The translations under genes and the position numbers were made by a program. This document shows positions 9,115-18,611 of a stretch of 38,873 nucleotides of DNA, one piece after another; within the stretch, counting starts at the first letter, position 1; the number at the start of each line of letters is the position of its first letter. The DNA is taken from the NCBI GenBank assembly GCA_900299405.1, contig OMJP01000010.1, positions 1 to 38,873 of the forward strand, read 5' to 3'. The notes under the pieces were generated by a model. That model was not told the DNA's origin. It was given only the letters and a program-made list of their open reading frames with translations, and searched no databases. This DNA is from a bacterium. GTDB taxonomy: Bacteria > Patescibacteriota > Microgenomatia > UBA1400 > PJMF01.

Positions 9115-10430
9115 GCAAAGACAAAATTTTTCAACTAATCAAAGATGAGGAAGCTCGCCAAAAGGCGATGATCGGCCTGATTCCTTCCGAGAACCACATT
9201 TCTCCCGAGGTTTCTGAGGTACTTTCCAGCTCTCTCTCGAGTAAATACGCTGAGGGCTATCCTGGCAGACGCTACTACGAAGGCAACCAAGTGATCGACG
9301 AGATCGAGAATTTGGCCAAAGAACGCATCCAAAAATTGTTCAACGTACCGCACGCCAATGTCCAGCCATATTCCGGTTCACCGGCCAACAGCGCCGTTCA
9401 GTTTGCCTTGCTGGAAGAGGGCGAGACGATGATGGGTTTGGCCTTGGCTGGGGGAGGCCACCTGACTCACGGCCACCCCAAAGTCACTTTTTCTGGCAAA
9501 TATTTCAACTCGATTCAGTACGGTCTCGATGACAACGATCGGATTGATTTTGACCAGATTCGCGAGCTAGCGAAAAAACACCAGCCCAAACTGATGATTA
9601 TCGGCAACACCGCCTATCCTTTCCTGATGGATTTCAAGAAATTCCGCGAGATTGCCGACGAGGTTGGTGCTTGGGTTTTGGCAGATATTTCCCACGTCAC
9701 TGGTCTGGTAGTGGCTGGTGAACATCCTGATCCTGTACCGCATGTAGACGTAGTGATGAGTACTACTCACAAGACCTTCCGTGGTCCACGGGGAGCGATG
9801 ATTTTGGTGACACAAAGAGGTCTGGATCGTGATGAAAAGCTCGCTAGCCGGATCGACCAGGCAGTTTTTCCCGCTCTGCAAGGTGGGCCGCACAATGCTA
9901 CTACTGCTGGGATTGCGGTGGCTGCTGCTGAAGCTGCGCGACCGGAGTTCAAAAAATATGCTCAGCAGATTCGCAAAAACGCTGATGTATTGGCAGATTC
10001 GCTGAAGAAAAAGGGCTTAAAATTGGTTGGTGATGGCACCGAAACTCATCTGATGCTGATCGATCTCACCAACTACAGCGATGGCATGGGTTTGCAGGTC
10101 GCTTTTGCGATGGATGTGGCAGGAATTTACGCCAACCGCAACACTGTGCCCAACGAGCCGCTGTCACCGTTTTATCCCTCTGGAGTGCGCCTGGGAACAC
10201 CACTGGTGACTACCAGAGGCATGAAGGAAGCAGAAATGAAACAAATAGCTGACTGGATCACCAGAGTAGTGGAGGAGGTCAAAACCGAGGTTCTGCCCAG
10301 TGACAAAGTTGAACGCCGCACTTTTATTAAAGACTTCCGCGCCAAAGCCTTGCAAAACAAAAACTTGCTGGCGATCAGAAAAGAAGTCGAAGCAATGGCC
10401 AGTAAGTTTCCGTTGTTTAGTTGGGACTAA
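9111..10430 (+). CDS. glyA: Serine hydroxymethyltransferase
   Basis: LIPSEN, KYAEGYPG.RYY, GGHLTHG, TTHKTFRGPRG (PLP lysine), GVRLGTP. Confidence 0.98.
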   Translation: MSKDKIFQLIKDEEARQKAMIGLIPSENHISPEVSEVLSSSLSSKYAEGYPGRRYYEGNQVIDEIENLAKERIQKLFNVPHANVQPYSGSPANSAVQFALLEEGETMMGLALAGGGHLTHGHPKVTFSGKYFNSIQYGLDDNDRIDFDQIRELAKKHQPKLMIIGNTAYPFLMDFKKFREIADEVGAWVLADISHVTGLVVAGEHPDPVPHVDVVMSTTHKTFRGPRGAMILVTQRGLDRDEKLASRIDQAVFPALQGGPHNATTAGIAVAAAEAARPEFKKYAQQIRKNADVLADSLKKKGLKLVGDGTETHLMLIDLTNYSDGMGLQVAFAMDVAGIYANRNTVPNEPLSPFYPSGVRLGTPLVTTRGMKEAEMKQIADWITRVVEEVKTEVLPSDKVERRTFIKDFRAKALQNKNLLAIRKEVEAMASKFPLFSWD

Positions 10431-10432
10431 TC

Positions 10433-11287
10433 ATGGCAAATTCCAGGAGAATCGGCGCGCACTTGTCCACCCAAGGTGGGGTAGAGAAAGCGGTCGAACG
10501 GGCACACGAGATTGGCGCCAATGCCCTGCAGGTTTTCTCTGGTAGCCCACGGATGTGGCGACGAACTTCTCTCGATAAAATCGATGTTTCCGCTGTTCAT
10601 GAAAATCAAGAAAAATACGACGTCAAACCAATCTTCACTCACGCACTCTACTTGGTGAATCTAGCTTCTGATAACCCAGAATTGGTGGATAAATCTGTGG
10701 ATGCCCTCAAGCATGATCTTAGCTTTGACAATCATATTGGTGGTGCTGGGGTGGTGGTCCATCTGGGTAGCCATCAGGGTCGAGGTTGGGAGGCTGTGCG
10801 CGATGAGGTGGTGAAAAATATTAAAGCAATCTTGAAAAGCACCCCTGAAAACTCCACTTTCCTGATCGAAAACTCTGCCGGGCAAAAGGGCAAGTTAGCC
10901 AGTGATCTGCACGAAGTGCGCTGGTTGCTAGATCAGCTAGATTCTCCTCGAGTAGGTTGGTGTTTTGATACCTGTCATGGTCATGCCGCTGGGTACAAGT
11001 TAGTTGATGGACAGGAAGGTAGCGCACTTGGTCTAATGGAGGAACTGAAACTCTTCGACTCACTGCGCTGTATTCACCTCAACGACAGCAAAGACGCTTT
11101 TGATTCTGGCCGCGATCGCCACGAAAACATTGGTGATGGCGAGATTCCCAGTGATGATTTGCGCAGTTTTCTCAATGACTCTCGATTAAGTGGTATTCCG
11201 CTGATTACTGAAGCGCCTGGCTTGGATGGCAATGGTCCAGATGCAGAAAATATCTCTCGGATCAAGGATTTAGTTAGCTCAAAATAG
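10433..11287 (+). CDS. nfo: Endonuclease IV
   Basis: IGAH, HALYLVNL, VVHLGS, IENSAG, DTCH, HLNDSK, DRHENIG, ITE Zn ligands; start set at ATG 10433. Confidence 0.95.
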   Translation: MANSRRIGAHLSTQGGVEKAVERAHEIGANALQVFSGSPRMWRRTSLDKIDVSAVHENQEKYDVKPIFTHALYLVNLASDNPELVDKSVDALKHDLSFDNHIGGAGVVVHLGSHQGRGWEAVRDEVVKNIKAILKSTPENSTFLIENSAGQKGKLASDLHEVRWLLDQLDSPRVGWCFDTCHGHAAGYKLVDGQEGSALGLMEELKLFDSLRCIHLNDSKDAFDSGRDRHENIGDGEIPSDDLRSFLNDSRLSGIPLITEAPGLDGNGPDAENISRIKDLVSSK

Positions 11288-11744
11288 CTGGTTTTTGTTT
11301 AGTTTTTCTAAAGACTAAATAGTCTTGGATGTTTTGGTAGTGATCGAAAGCAATCTCTTCTTTCACTGGTATAGACTCCAGCTCGAACCATTGTTGATCA
11401 TCACTTTCCCAATCTCCTGAACCAGTTTTTTCTTCCGCCTCACAGTAGAGCACAAAGGCAATGTTTTGCCGATCTTCATGTGGTCTGTTGGGATAATCGT
11501 TGATTTTCAGTAGCTCAACATTGCTGACAGTCCAGCCAGTTTCCTCCAGAATTTCTCTGGAAGCGGCTTCTTTGATATTTTCATCCCGATCGACAAAACC
11601 ACCGACCAGACCCCATTTTCCACCCTCCAGAATTTTATTGGTTCTTTTTACCAGAAGAATTTTATCGTCTTTCAAAACCAAAACATCCACGGTTACGTGT
11701 CTCAGTGAGCCTTGGTTTCCATTTTCGAAGTTGCAAACAAGCAT
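11274..11744 (-). CDS. NUDIX hydrolase
   Basis: Nudix box GGFVDRDENIKEAASREILEETGW, AFDH tail; start set at ATG 11744 after extended -10 TGcTATTCT. Confidence 0.9.
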   Translation of the reverse strand: MLVCNFENGNQGSLRHVTVDVLVLKDDKILLVKRTNKILEGGKWGLVGGFVDRDENIKEAASREILEETGWTVSNVELLKINDYPNRPHEDRQNIAFVLYCEAEEKTGSGDWESDDQQWFELESIPVKEEIAFDHYQNIQDYLVFRKTKQKPAILS

Positions 11745-11813
11745 CCCAAAGAGAATAGCACAAAACAAAACGAGTTTCTGAGCACCAGGCTAGAGGAGTG
11801 TTACAATACTGTC

Positions 11814-12734
11814 ATGGAAACCAGAATTCTTGACGGCTATCGGCTGGCTGTGTCGCGAAAACAGGCTTTGCAGTCCAGAGTGGAACAATTGCTGGCTGCT
11901 GGCAAAAAACCAGTGATAGCGGCGATTCTCTTTACCGAGGACTCGGGCAGCGTGCTGTACACTGATCTCAAACGGGAAATGGCCGAGAGCTTGGGAATTG
12001 GCTACCAGGTTTTTTCCTATTCCCTGCAAGACGAAGCAGGGCAAGTAGTCGAGAAAATCACAGAACTCAGTCAGGATTCGTCCGTTACCGGCATCATTGT
12101 CCAGAAACCTTGGCGTAATCTGTGGATTCAGACTCGTGGTCTTGATGCAGAAGAGGGCAAACAGCAATTCGCCCAGTGGTGGGAGAGCCTGATCACTGCC
12201 ATCGAACCAAGCAAGGACGTTGATGGTCTACACCCCTCGACTTTAGAAGCGATTAAGTCAGGAAACTGGCAGGAGCAGGGAAAAGTTTTGCCAGCTACTT
12301 GTAAGGCAGTGCTGAGTTTGCTGGAAGAAGCTTTAGAGACAGAAAACCTCTTTGCCACCCTTGCCGATCGCCAATTGAAGACTGTGATTCTGGGCAAATC
12401 AGATTTGCTCGGTCAGCCACTGTTTGCCTTATTGCAAGCGAACAATCTAAATTCAGAAATAATTGGTTCATCGCAGCTAAATGACAGAATCGAGCAAGGA
12501 ATAGCCCTGACCGATGCCGACATTATTGTCTCCGCTACCGGCCGAACAAAACTCGTAACAGGGGAGCTGATTAAGGAAAACTCCATCGTCATTGATGTCG
12601 GTGAGCCGCAGGGAGACGTCGATGCTGCCAGTGTTCTCGGCAAGGCCTTAGTGCTGACCCCCGTACCCGGTGGGGTAGGACCAATGACAGTGGTGAGTTT
12701 GATGGAAAATGCGCTTGATTTGGTTTCAGCCTGA
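11814..12734 (+). CDS. folD: Methylene-THF dehydrogenase/cyclohydrolase
   Basis: ILDG, YxxxK (YTDLK), KDVDGLH, VIDVG, TPVPGGVGPMTV; start set at ATG 11814. Confidence 0.93.
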   Translation: METRILDGYRLAVSRKQALQSRVEQLLAAGKKPVIAAILFTEDSGSVLYTDLKREMAESLGIGYQVFSYSLQDEAGQVVEKITELSQDSSVTGIIVQKPWRNLWIQTRGLDAEEGKQQFAQWWESLITAIEPSKDVDGLHPSTLEAIKSGNWQEQGKVLPATCKAVLSLLEEALETENLFATLADRQLKTVILGKSDLLGQPLFALLQANNLNSEIIGSSQLNDRIEQGIALTDADIIVSATGRTKLVTGELIKENSIVIDVGEPQGDVDAASVLGKALVLTPVPGGVGPMTVVSLMENALDLVSA

Positions 12735-12847
12735 TCTGTGATATAATTCCCTCTAGTATAAAAAATACGCTGACTTGTTTTTAGGTCCTGCATCTGACAA
12801 GTAAAGCGCTTCTCTCGAGAACTTGAGAGGAAAATAAGGACAAAAAT

Positions 12848-13570
12848 ATGACGGATTATTCCAAACTACCTGATGTGGCTCCAGATTATGATCTGCGTGA
12901 TCTTTTGGAAGCGGGCATGCATTTTGGCCACCAATCAGCCAAATGGCACCCCAAAATGGCAGAGTATCTCCACATGGAGAAAAACGGGGTTCACATCTTT
13001 GATTTAGCCAAAACTGCCGAGCAACTGAAGCTGGCTTACAACTACCTCTACGACCTGGGTAAAAACGGCAAAAAAGTGCTGTTCGTCGGCACTAAACGCC
13101 AGATTCGTGAGATCGTGCGCGAGCAAGCCCAGCAAGCTGGTGCTTTTTATGTGGTGCAGCGCTGGATGGGCGGTCTGCTCACCAACTGGGACCAGATCAG
13201 TAAATCAGTTCGTCGGATGAATGATTTGGCTGAAGGTTTGGAAGGTGACAAATTCGAAGGCTACACCAAATTCGAGCAAGTACAGTTCGAAAAAGAACTC
13301 GGCCGGTTGCAGCGATTTTTTGAGGGAATCAAAGAGCTCAAAAAGCAGCCCGATTGTGTCGTGGTGATCGACCCCAACAGGGAAGACATCGCGGTGGCAG
13401 AATCAAACAAAGTCGAAGTGCCGGTAATTGCTTTGATCGATTCGAACACCAATCCCACCAACATCGACATTCCCGTCCCCGGCAATGATGACGCGGTGAA
13501 CAGCGTTTCGTTGGTAGTCACTGAGCTAGCCAAAGCTTATAGTGAAGGTAAGAAAGCAGCTAAAAAGTAA
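12848..13570 (+). CDS. rpsB: 30S ribosomal protein S2
   Basis: LLEAGMHFGH, WHPKM, FVGTK, RWMGGLLTN, PVPGNDD; precedes tsf. Confidence 0.98.
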   Translation: MTDYSKLPDVAPDYDLRDLLEAGMHFGHQSAKWHPKMAEYLHMEKNGVHIFDLAKTAEQLKLAYNYLYDLGKNGKKVLFVGTKRQIREIVREQAQQAGAFYVVQRWMGGLLTNWDQISKSVRRMNDLAEGLEGDKFEGYTKFEQVQFEKELGRLQRFFEGIKELKKQPDCVVVIDPNREDIAVAESNKVEVPVIALIDSNTNPTNIDIPVPGNDDAVNSVSLVVTELAKAYSEGKKAAKK

Positions 13571-13582
13571 GTAAAGGATTTT

Positions 13583-14041
13583 ATGTCATTTTCAATGGAC
13601 GATCTCAAGCAGCTTCGTGAGGAGACTGGTGCCCGGGTGATGGATGCCAAAAAAGCTCTCGAAGAGGCTAAAGGAGATATGGCTAAAGCCAAGAAAATCG
13701 TGGAAGAAAAAGGGCTCGCCAGAGCAGAGAAGACCGCCGATCGCGAAACCAAAGCCGGCTATGTGGCCAGCTATGTCCACAACAACGGCCAAGTGGCCAG
13801 CATGGTGGAAATGGTTTGTGAAACTGATTTCGTAGCACAGAACGATGAGTTCCGCACCTTAGCTCGTGACATTGCGATGCAGGTGGCCTCGATGAATCCT
13901 GCCGACGTGGACGAGCTGCTGGGACAAGAATTCATTCGTGATGGCAGTCAGACAATCGAGAAGCTAGTCAAAAGCCTCAGCGGTAAAATCGGTGAACGCA
14001 TGGAAGTGACCCGCTTCACTCGTTACGCCATCGGCGAATAA
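13583..14041 (+). CDS. tsf: Elongation factor Ts (short form)
   Basis: LREETGA..MDAKKAL, CETDFVA, IAMQVA, KIGE...V.RF.R. Confidence 0.96.
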   Translation: MSFSMDDLKQLREETGARVMDAKKALEEAKGDMAKAKKIVEEKGLARAEKTADRETKAGYVASYVHNNGQVASMVEMVCETDFVAQNDEFRTLARDIAMQVASMNPADVDELLGQEFIRDGSQTIEKLVKSLSGKIGERMEVTRFTRYAIGE

Positions 14042-14056
14042 CGATATAATTTGGGA

Positions 14057-14986
14057 GTGAAAGATTTCGCTGCCCAGCAATCTCGGAAAAAATCCTCAAG
14101 AAAAAAAACCAAACAAAGTGGTGGTTTCGGCCAGCTGTTGTGGTTGGTTGGCTTACTGCTAGCTGGCGGCTTACTGGCGATGATGATCGCTCAGTCGTGG
14201 CGCTGGGCTGATTTTGTGGGCGAGCGGGGACAACAGGCAGTTTTATTCACTACCGAGGAAGTCGACCAGACTGGCGCCTACTTAGTGCGTTTTTATTTTC
14301 CTGATCTCGCCATCGAGGTTTTTCCGATTGAATCAGAGACCCAGACAGAAGTGATGGGCGGTTATGGTACTTACCGTTTTCAGGCGGTTTATCCGCTGCT
14401 GGAGTTGGAAAATAAAGACCATTCCTATATCCGTTCCACGATGAGTTTGTCGACCGGCATGTTGCTGGACGAGTTGTGGGTGGTGAACACCGATCGGCTA
14501 CAAATCAACTCTCAAGCGCGGCTGAAGCAGTTTTTGGTCACCAATCTTTGGCGTAATTGGCAGGTGTCACTGGCGGACAAATTGGCGTGGTTGGCGTTAG
14601 CCGCTGATCATCGTACGGAATTTACTCTGCGTCAGAACGTTACCGAGCTACCCGATCAGCGTTTTCTGGTCAAAGATTTCGCCCAAGCAGAACCGCTTTG
14701 CACCATTGCTTTGGTGAATACGACTGACATGAATGGTCTGGCTGGCCGCATTGCCCATCTGCTGGAAAGTCACAATTTCCGAGTAGTGAGAACCGTCAGT
14801 AACGACACTACGGCCGAGCAGACCACCGCCATTACCCAGGCAGAAGTCAGTGAGGATTGTCAGTTGGTCTTGGATAAAGTTACCAGCCTAGTGCCTGGTC
14901 CGGTGAAACAGCAGGTCGATGAAGATGAGGCGCTGCGGCAGCGGGCTGATCTGGTGGTGCAGTTGGGGACGGACTTGGTGCAGTAG
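14057..14986 (+). CDS. Membrane protein with C-terminal LytR_C domain
   Basis: Basic N-terminus plus TM helix; VNTT..NGLA...A..L...F.V and ADLVVQLG.D match LytR_C; GTG start 6 nt after TATAAT. Confidence 0.75.
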   Translation: MKDFAAQQSRKKSSRKKTKQSGGFGQLLWLVGLLLAGGLLAMMIAQSWRWADFVGERGQQAVLFTTEEVDQTGAYLVRFYFPDLAIEVFPIESETQTEVMGGYGTYRFQAVYPLLELENKDHSYIRSTMSLSTGMLLDELWVVNTDRLQINSQARLKQFLVTNLWRNWQVSLADKLAWLALAADHRTEFTLRQNVTELPDQRFLVKDFAQAEPLCTIALVNTTDMNGLAGRIAHLLESHNFRVVRTVSNDTTAEQTTAITQAEVSEDCQLVLDKVTSLVPGPVKQQVDEDEALRQRADLVVQLGTDLVQ

Positions 14987-15010
14987 CTCGAGCTAACTCA
15001 ACAGCTGAGC

Positions 15011-15760
15011 TTAATAATCGTCGCCGTTGTTGATTTTTTCCAGGGTGTCTTGAAACTCGTCGCTTTTGTCGCTTTCGTGCTCACCGGTCTCGACGGGGAT
15101 ATCGTCTTCGATCAGGAACTCCTCATCGACGATGTTCAGCGCCGCGCTGGCAGCTTTACCGCTAGGGAAGGACTGGAGATCTTTGTTTTTGGCAGAGGTT
15201 TTGCTTTCGCGCAGGTGAACGCTGCAGGCATTGTCAGCAAAAGAGTGAACCAAACAGATGTACTCGTTGCCGCGTTTGATGAGTTTGCTTAAGCGGTGTG
15301 AGAGGTCGTCTGGTAGAGCACCGATGTATTTGCCGCTTTCGGTCTCGATCGAGATGTATTTGTTTTTCTTGGTGACGAGTTTGCAGGCCTCACCGACGCG
15401 TAGCTTGGAAAGCACTTTTTTCTGTGCCAGTCGGTGTAACTCGACAATCTTGGTTTTTCCTGGTTCCTCGATGAAATAGGTGTTCGATAGAGCAGAGACC
15501 GATTTTTCCTTGTTTTTGAGGCTCTCGAGGTGTTTTTTGGCGATCAGATTTGATTTGTCTTTTTCGAGGACTTGTTTGAAAGCATCACGAGATTTGTAGG
15601 GTTTGCCGAGCTGCATGTAAGCGAGACCCAAGCGATTTAGCGCTCCGAGGTCGTTTTCGTCTCTTTCGAGGATTTCTTCATTGATCTCGACGGCTTTTTC
15701 CCACTCTTGGTCTTTGGCGGCGGCGATGGCGTCTTGTACTAGTGCTGAGTATTTTTTCAT
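15011..15760 (-). CDS. TPR protein with C-terminal HIRAN-like domain
   Basis: TPR pattern W..A...N..IL....ALNRLG.AY; YIGALPDDLS.RL..LI..G resembles HIRAN; start set at ATG 15760. Confidence 0.7.
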   Translation of the reverse strand: MKKYSALVQDAIAAAKDQEWEKAVEINEEILERDENDLGALNRLGLAYMQLGKPYKSRDAFKQVLEKDKSNLIAKKHLESLKNKEKSVSALSNTYFIEEPGKTKIVELHRLAQKKVLSKLRVGEACKLVTKKNKYISIETESGKYIGALPDDLSHRLSKLIKRGNEYICLVHSFADNACSVHLRESKTSAKNKDLQSFPSGKAASAALNIVDEEFLIEDDIPVETGEHESDKSDEFQDTLEKINNGDDY

Positions 15761-15895
15761 GGTTTTGGTGGTTTTTGTTCGCTTAGGATTGTGCACTAAA
15801 CTTGTCCAAAAACTGTGCGCAAGGATACTGGTAGAGCCTTGTATTGTCAACCTTGACCTTCTCACCTACAATCGCTCTTACACAAGAGGAGTCTT

Positions 15896-16465
15896 ATGTC
15901 CGGTCATAGTAAGTGGAGTACTATCAAACACAAAAAAGCGGCCACTGATGCTGCCAAAGGCAAGGTTTTTGGTCAAATCGCCAGGCTAATTCGCGCTGCG
16001 GTCAAAGAGGGTGGTTCGGGTGATCCGCAAACCAACGCCAGCTTGAGGCCGCTGCTGGAAAAGGCTAGGTCAGAGAACATGCCCAAAGACAAAATCCAGA
16101 AGGCGATCGATGTTGCTTTGGGTAAAGGCACTGGCGGTCAGGCGCAGGAGATTGTCTATGAGGGTTTTGGTCCTGGTGGAGTAGGCTGCCTGATTGTGGC
16201 GGTGACTGACAATGCCAACCGTACTAGTGCTGAGATCAAGCATATTTTCAGTCGTCTCGATGGGTCCCTGGGTTCTCCTGGCTCGGTTTCTTATATGTTT
16301 GCTAGAGGGAATGACGGTGGTTACGTGCCGACGATTCCTTTTCAGGTAGAGGAGAAAAATCAGCAGGATAAACTGCAAAACTTACTCAATGAGCTCCAAG
16401 AAAACGAAGATGTTGAGGAAGTTTTTTGTGCGGGCCAGTGGCCGGGAGCTGAGCATGCGTCGTAG
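15896..16465 (+). CDS. yebC: YebC/PmpR family protein (shortened)
   Basis: MSGHSKWSTIKHKK, NMPKD.I, YEGFGPGG, TDN.NRT, DV..VF; SD GAGGAG upstream. Confidence 0.95.
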   Translation: MSGHSKWSTIKHKKAATDAAKGKVFGQIARLIRAAVKEGGSGDPQTNASLRPLLEKARSENMPKDKIQKAIDVALGKGTGGQAQEIVYEGFGPGGVGCLIVAVTDNANRTSAEIKHIFSRLDGSLGSPGSVSYMFARGNDGGYVPTIPFQVEEKNQQDKLQNLLNELQENEDVEEVFCAGQWPGAEHAS

Positions 16466-17222
16466 AGAGAAATTTGTTTTAGCGGCTGCCTTGCTGAGTG
16501 TGGCTTTGCTGATGGTGCAGTATGTGGGAGTGGAGTGGCGTTACTGGGCTTTCGGCGGCTTTATGGTGGTTTCTTATCTGGTTTCTTCCTGGGCACTGTC
16601 TGATGATCTGCAGCCCCATGAGTGGCTGACGATTTTGCCTTTTCCTGCCTTGTACGCTGGCTCGGTGTCGCTGTTTTATTTTTTACTGCCGACTGCTTTT
16701 CTGACTAGAGTAGCGGTCTTGGGGTTGTTCGGAGTGGGGATGTATGGTCTTTATCTGACGAGCAATATTTTCTCGGTGGCCAAAGGGCGCACGATTCAGT
16801 TACTGTACGCGGCTCACGCTGTAGGCTTGTTTTTTACCCTGTTTACTTCGATGTTGTTCACCAATGCGATTTTTTCCTTGCGCCTGCCTTTTTATGCCAA
16901 TGCGGGGCTAATAGGCTTGGTTCATTTGCCGTTGGTGATGATGAGTTTGTGGTCGATCAAGCTGGAGGACCATGTCAGTCCGATGATCTGGCAGTTTTCC
17001 TCGATCATGACCCTGGTGCTGGTGGAGCTGGTGATTATTTTCTCCCTGCTGCCACTGCCAGCCTGGCACGTCGCCCTATTCGTCATGGGGGTGCTCTATA
17101 TCGGTCTGGGAGTGCTGCAAAGTCAGATCAGAGAACGCCTATTCCAAAACACCGCCAACGAATACTCCCTCGTCGCAGTCTTGCTCGGCATCATTTTCCT
17201 GATCCTTTTCCCCTGGAAATAG
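16455..17222 (+). CDS. Polytopic membrane protein (DUF5656-like)
   Basis: About 8-9 TM helices, NIF.V...RTIQL..AA motif; overlaps the yebC stop; family name from recall. Confidence 0.65.
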   Translation: MRRREKFVLAAALLSVALLMVQYVGVEWRYWAFGGFMVVSYLVSSWALSDDLQPHEWLTILPFPALYAGSVSLFYFLLPTAFLTRVAVLGLFGVGMYGLYLTSNIFSVAKGRTIQLLYAAHAVGLFFTLFTSMLFTNAIFSLRLPFYANAGLIGLVHLPLVMMSLWSIKLEDHVSPMIWQFSSIMTLVLVELVIIFSLLPLPAWHVALFVMGVLYIGLGVLQSQIRERLFQNTANEYSLVAVLLGIIFLILFPWK

Positions 17223-17330
17223 TCAGCAAATAGGGGAGAGTTGCACAAAAAATTGACTCAATTCTGTTGATCTTCTTTGAAACCTTTAGATGTGGTATAT
17301 TTAGCGTATCAATAGTCAAGAAAGGCAAAA

Positions 17331-17930
17331 ATGTCTGCTATTCGCGGCAAAGAATTTTTGGGTAGGGAACCGGAGTTTAGAATGGGCATAATGTCTACAG
17401 GACCCTCAGCGCCTGATGTGATGGCAAATCCCACTTCTGCTATCTTTGACGAAGGCTTAAGAGTTGCCCTTTTTCACAGTAATTCTGCCAATAGTTTATA
17501 CGACACAGTTGAGCACACCTATGATGCTTCCAGATCTGGAGAAGCAAAAGCGAGATATCCTCGACACATTATTGCTAGGTTGTTGATGCAAGCAGCATAC
17601 GACTGTTGGTTCATCGAGAATAATAAGAAGTTGGCACGAAGGTTATTGGGGCAGCTCAACAGTCCTTATCTTAGGAAAGATAAGTTAAGCACTCATAATT
17701 TAGAAATGACTCTAAATAGCATATTCGTTTTAATGAGGAAAAAACGAAAGTATGATAATCCAGAACAAGAGGAATCGTTTAGGGAGTTATTTGCTGAGGT
17801 GGTTAAAGGTAACGATCAAATAAATATGAATGTGAATTTTACTCTGGATATTATAGCTAAAGAAGCCAAGGCTAGAGTAGATCTGGCGTCGGATTTATTG
17901 GCTGCTTCGATATTGTCAGAAGAAGAGTAG
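17331..17930 (+). CDS. Hypothetical protein, AT-richer than flanking genes
   Basis: 199-aa ORF with AAGG upstream and a terminator downstream; no recognised motif. Confidence 0.6.
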   Translation: MSAIRGKEFLGREPEFRMGIMSTGPSAPDVMANPTSAIFDEGLRVALFHSNSANSLYDTVEHTYDASRSGEAKARYPRHIIARLLMQAAYDCWFIENNKKLARRLLGQLNSPYLRKDKLSTHNLEMTLNSIFVLMRKKRKYDNPEQEESFRELFAEVVKGNDQINMNVNFTLDIIAKEAKARVDLASDLLAASILSEEE

Positions 17931-17988
17931 TTAAATTTCCCGCCTGGAGACCAGGCTAAATTTTCGGAAAAATAGGGTAGACTAGAGG

Positions 17989-18016
17989 AAAACCAGGCTT
18001 AACGGCCTGGTTTTTT
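17989..18016 (+). terminator. Rho-independent terminator, possibly bidirectional
   Basis: AAAACCAGGC-TTAACG-GCCTGGTTTTTT. Confidence 0.8.
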
Positions 18017-18583
18017 GATGGGTGCAAAATTAAGTTTGGCAAACTACCAGGCTATATTGGGAATTTTCTAAATGTAGAAGTTTAATTTTTACGGTAAATA
18101 ATCACAAAAAACTAGGGTAGAGGCGGCAGAAAAAAGGGCATAGGCACCAGATAGAGAATAGGGAAATGATATAGTTTGATAGGGTATAACCAAATTGTGG
18201 AAAACTATAGGATTTCCTGTGAAAAAGTTATAGGATCTTTTAGGGAGTGATACCAGGCTAAATGATATATTTTGTTACAGTTTTCTGGCCTCAAGTGCCA
18301 GATATTTGCAAGAATAAATATAGGCACCTAGCCTGGACAGGGAGTGAAATTGCAAGATAATCTCCTCTGGAAAACCCCTGAAACCAGGCATAAACGGCTC
18401 CGAGGAGAGAGGTTCATAGGAAACCCGAAGCGGTTTTTCGGTAAAGCGACATGCAAAGTGGCAGCCACGCTGGAAAGAGGGCGTAAAGGAAAAATATTTA
18501 ATGCAACTTTTATAAATAAATAGAGGCGAGCAGGGAGCACTACTTCTCTTCGTGAAACCTGCCCCCAAAAGCCTAGACCAATT

Positions 18584-18611
18584 ACGTCGCACAATATAAC
18601 TTTTACGACGT
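18584..18611. other. dif-like Xer recombination site (28 bp)
   Basis: ACGTCGCACAA-TATAAC-TTTTACGACGT: 11-bp arms matching 9/11 as an inverted repeat around a 6-bp spacer; left arm shares CGCAnAA with the E. coli XerC arm; about 770 bp from a xer gene. Confidence 0.8.
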
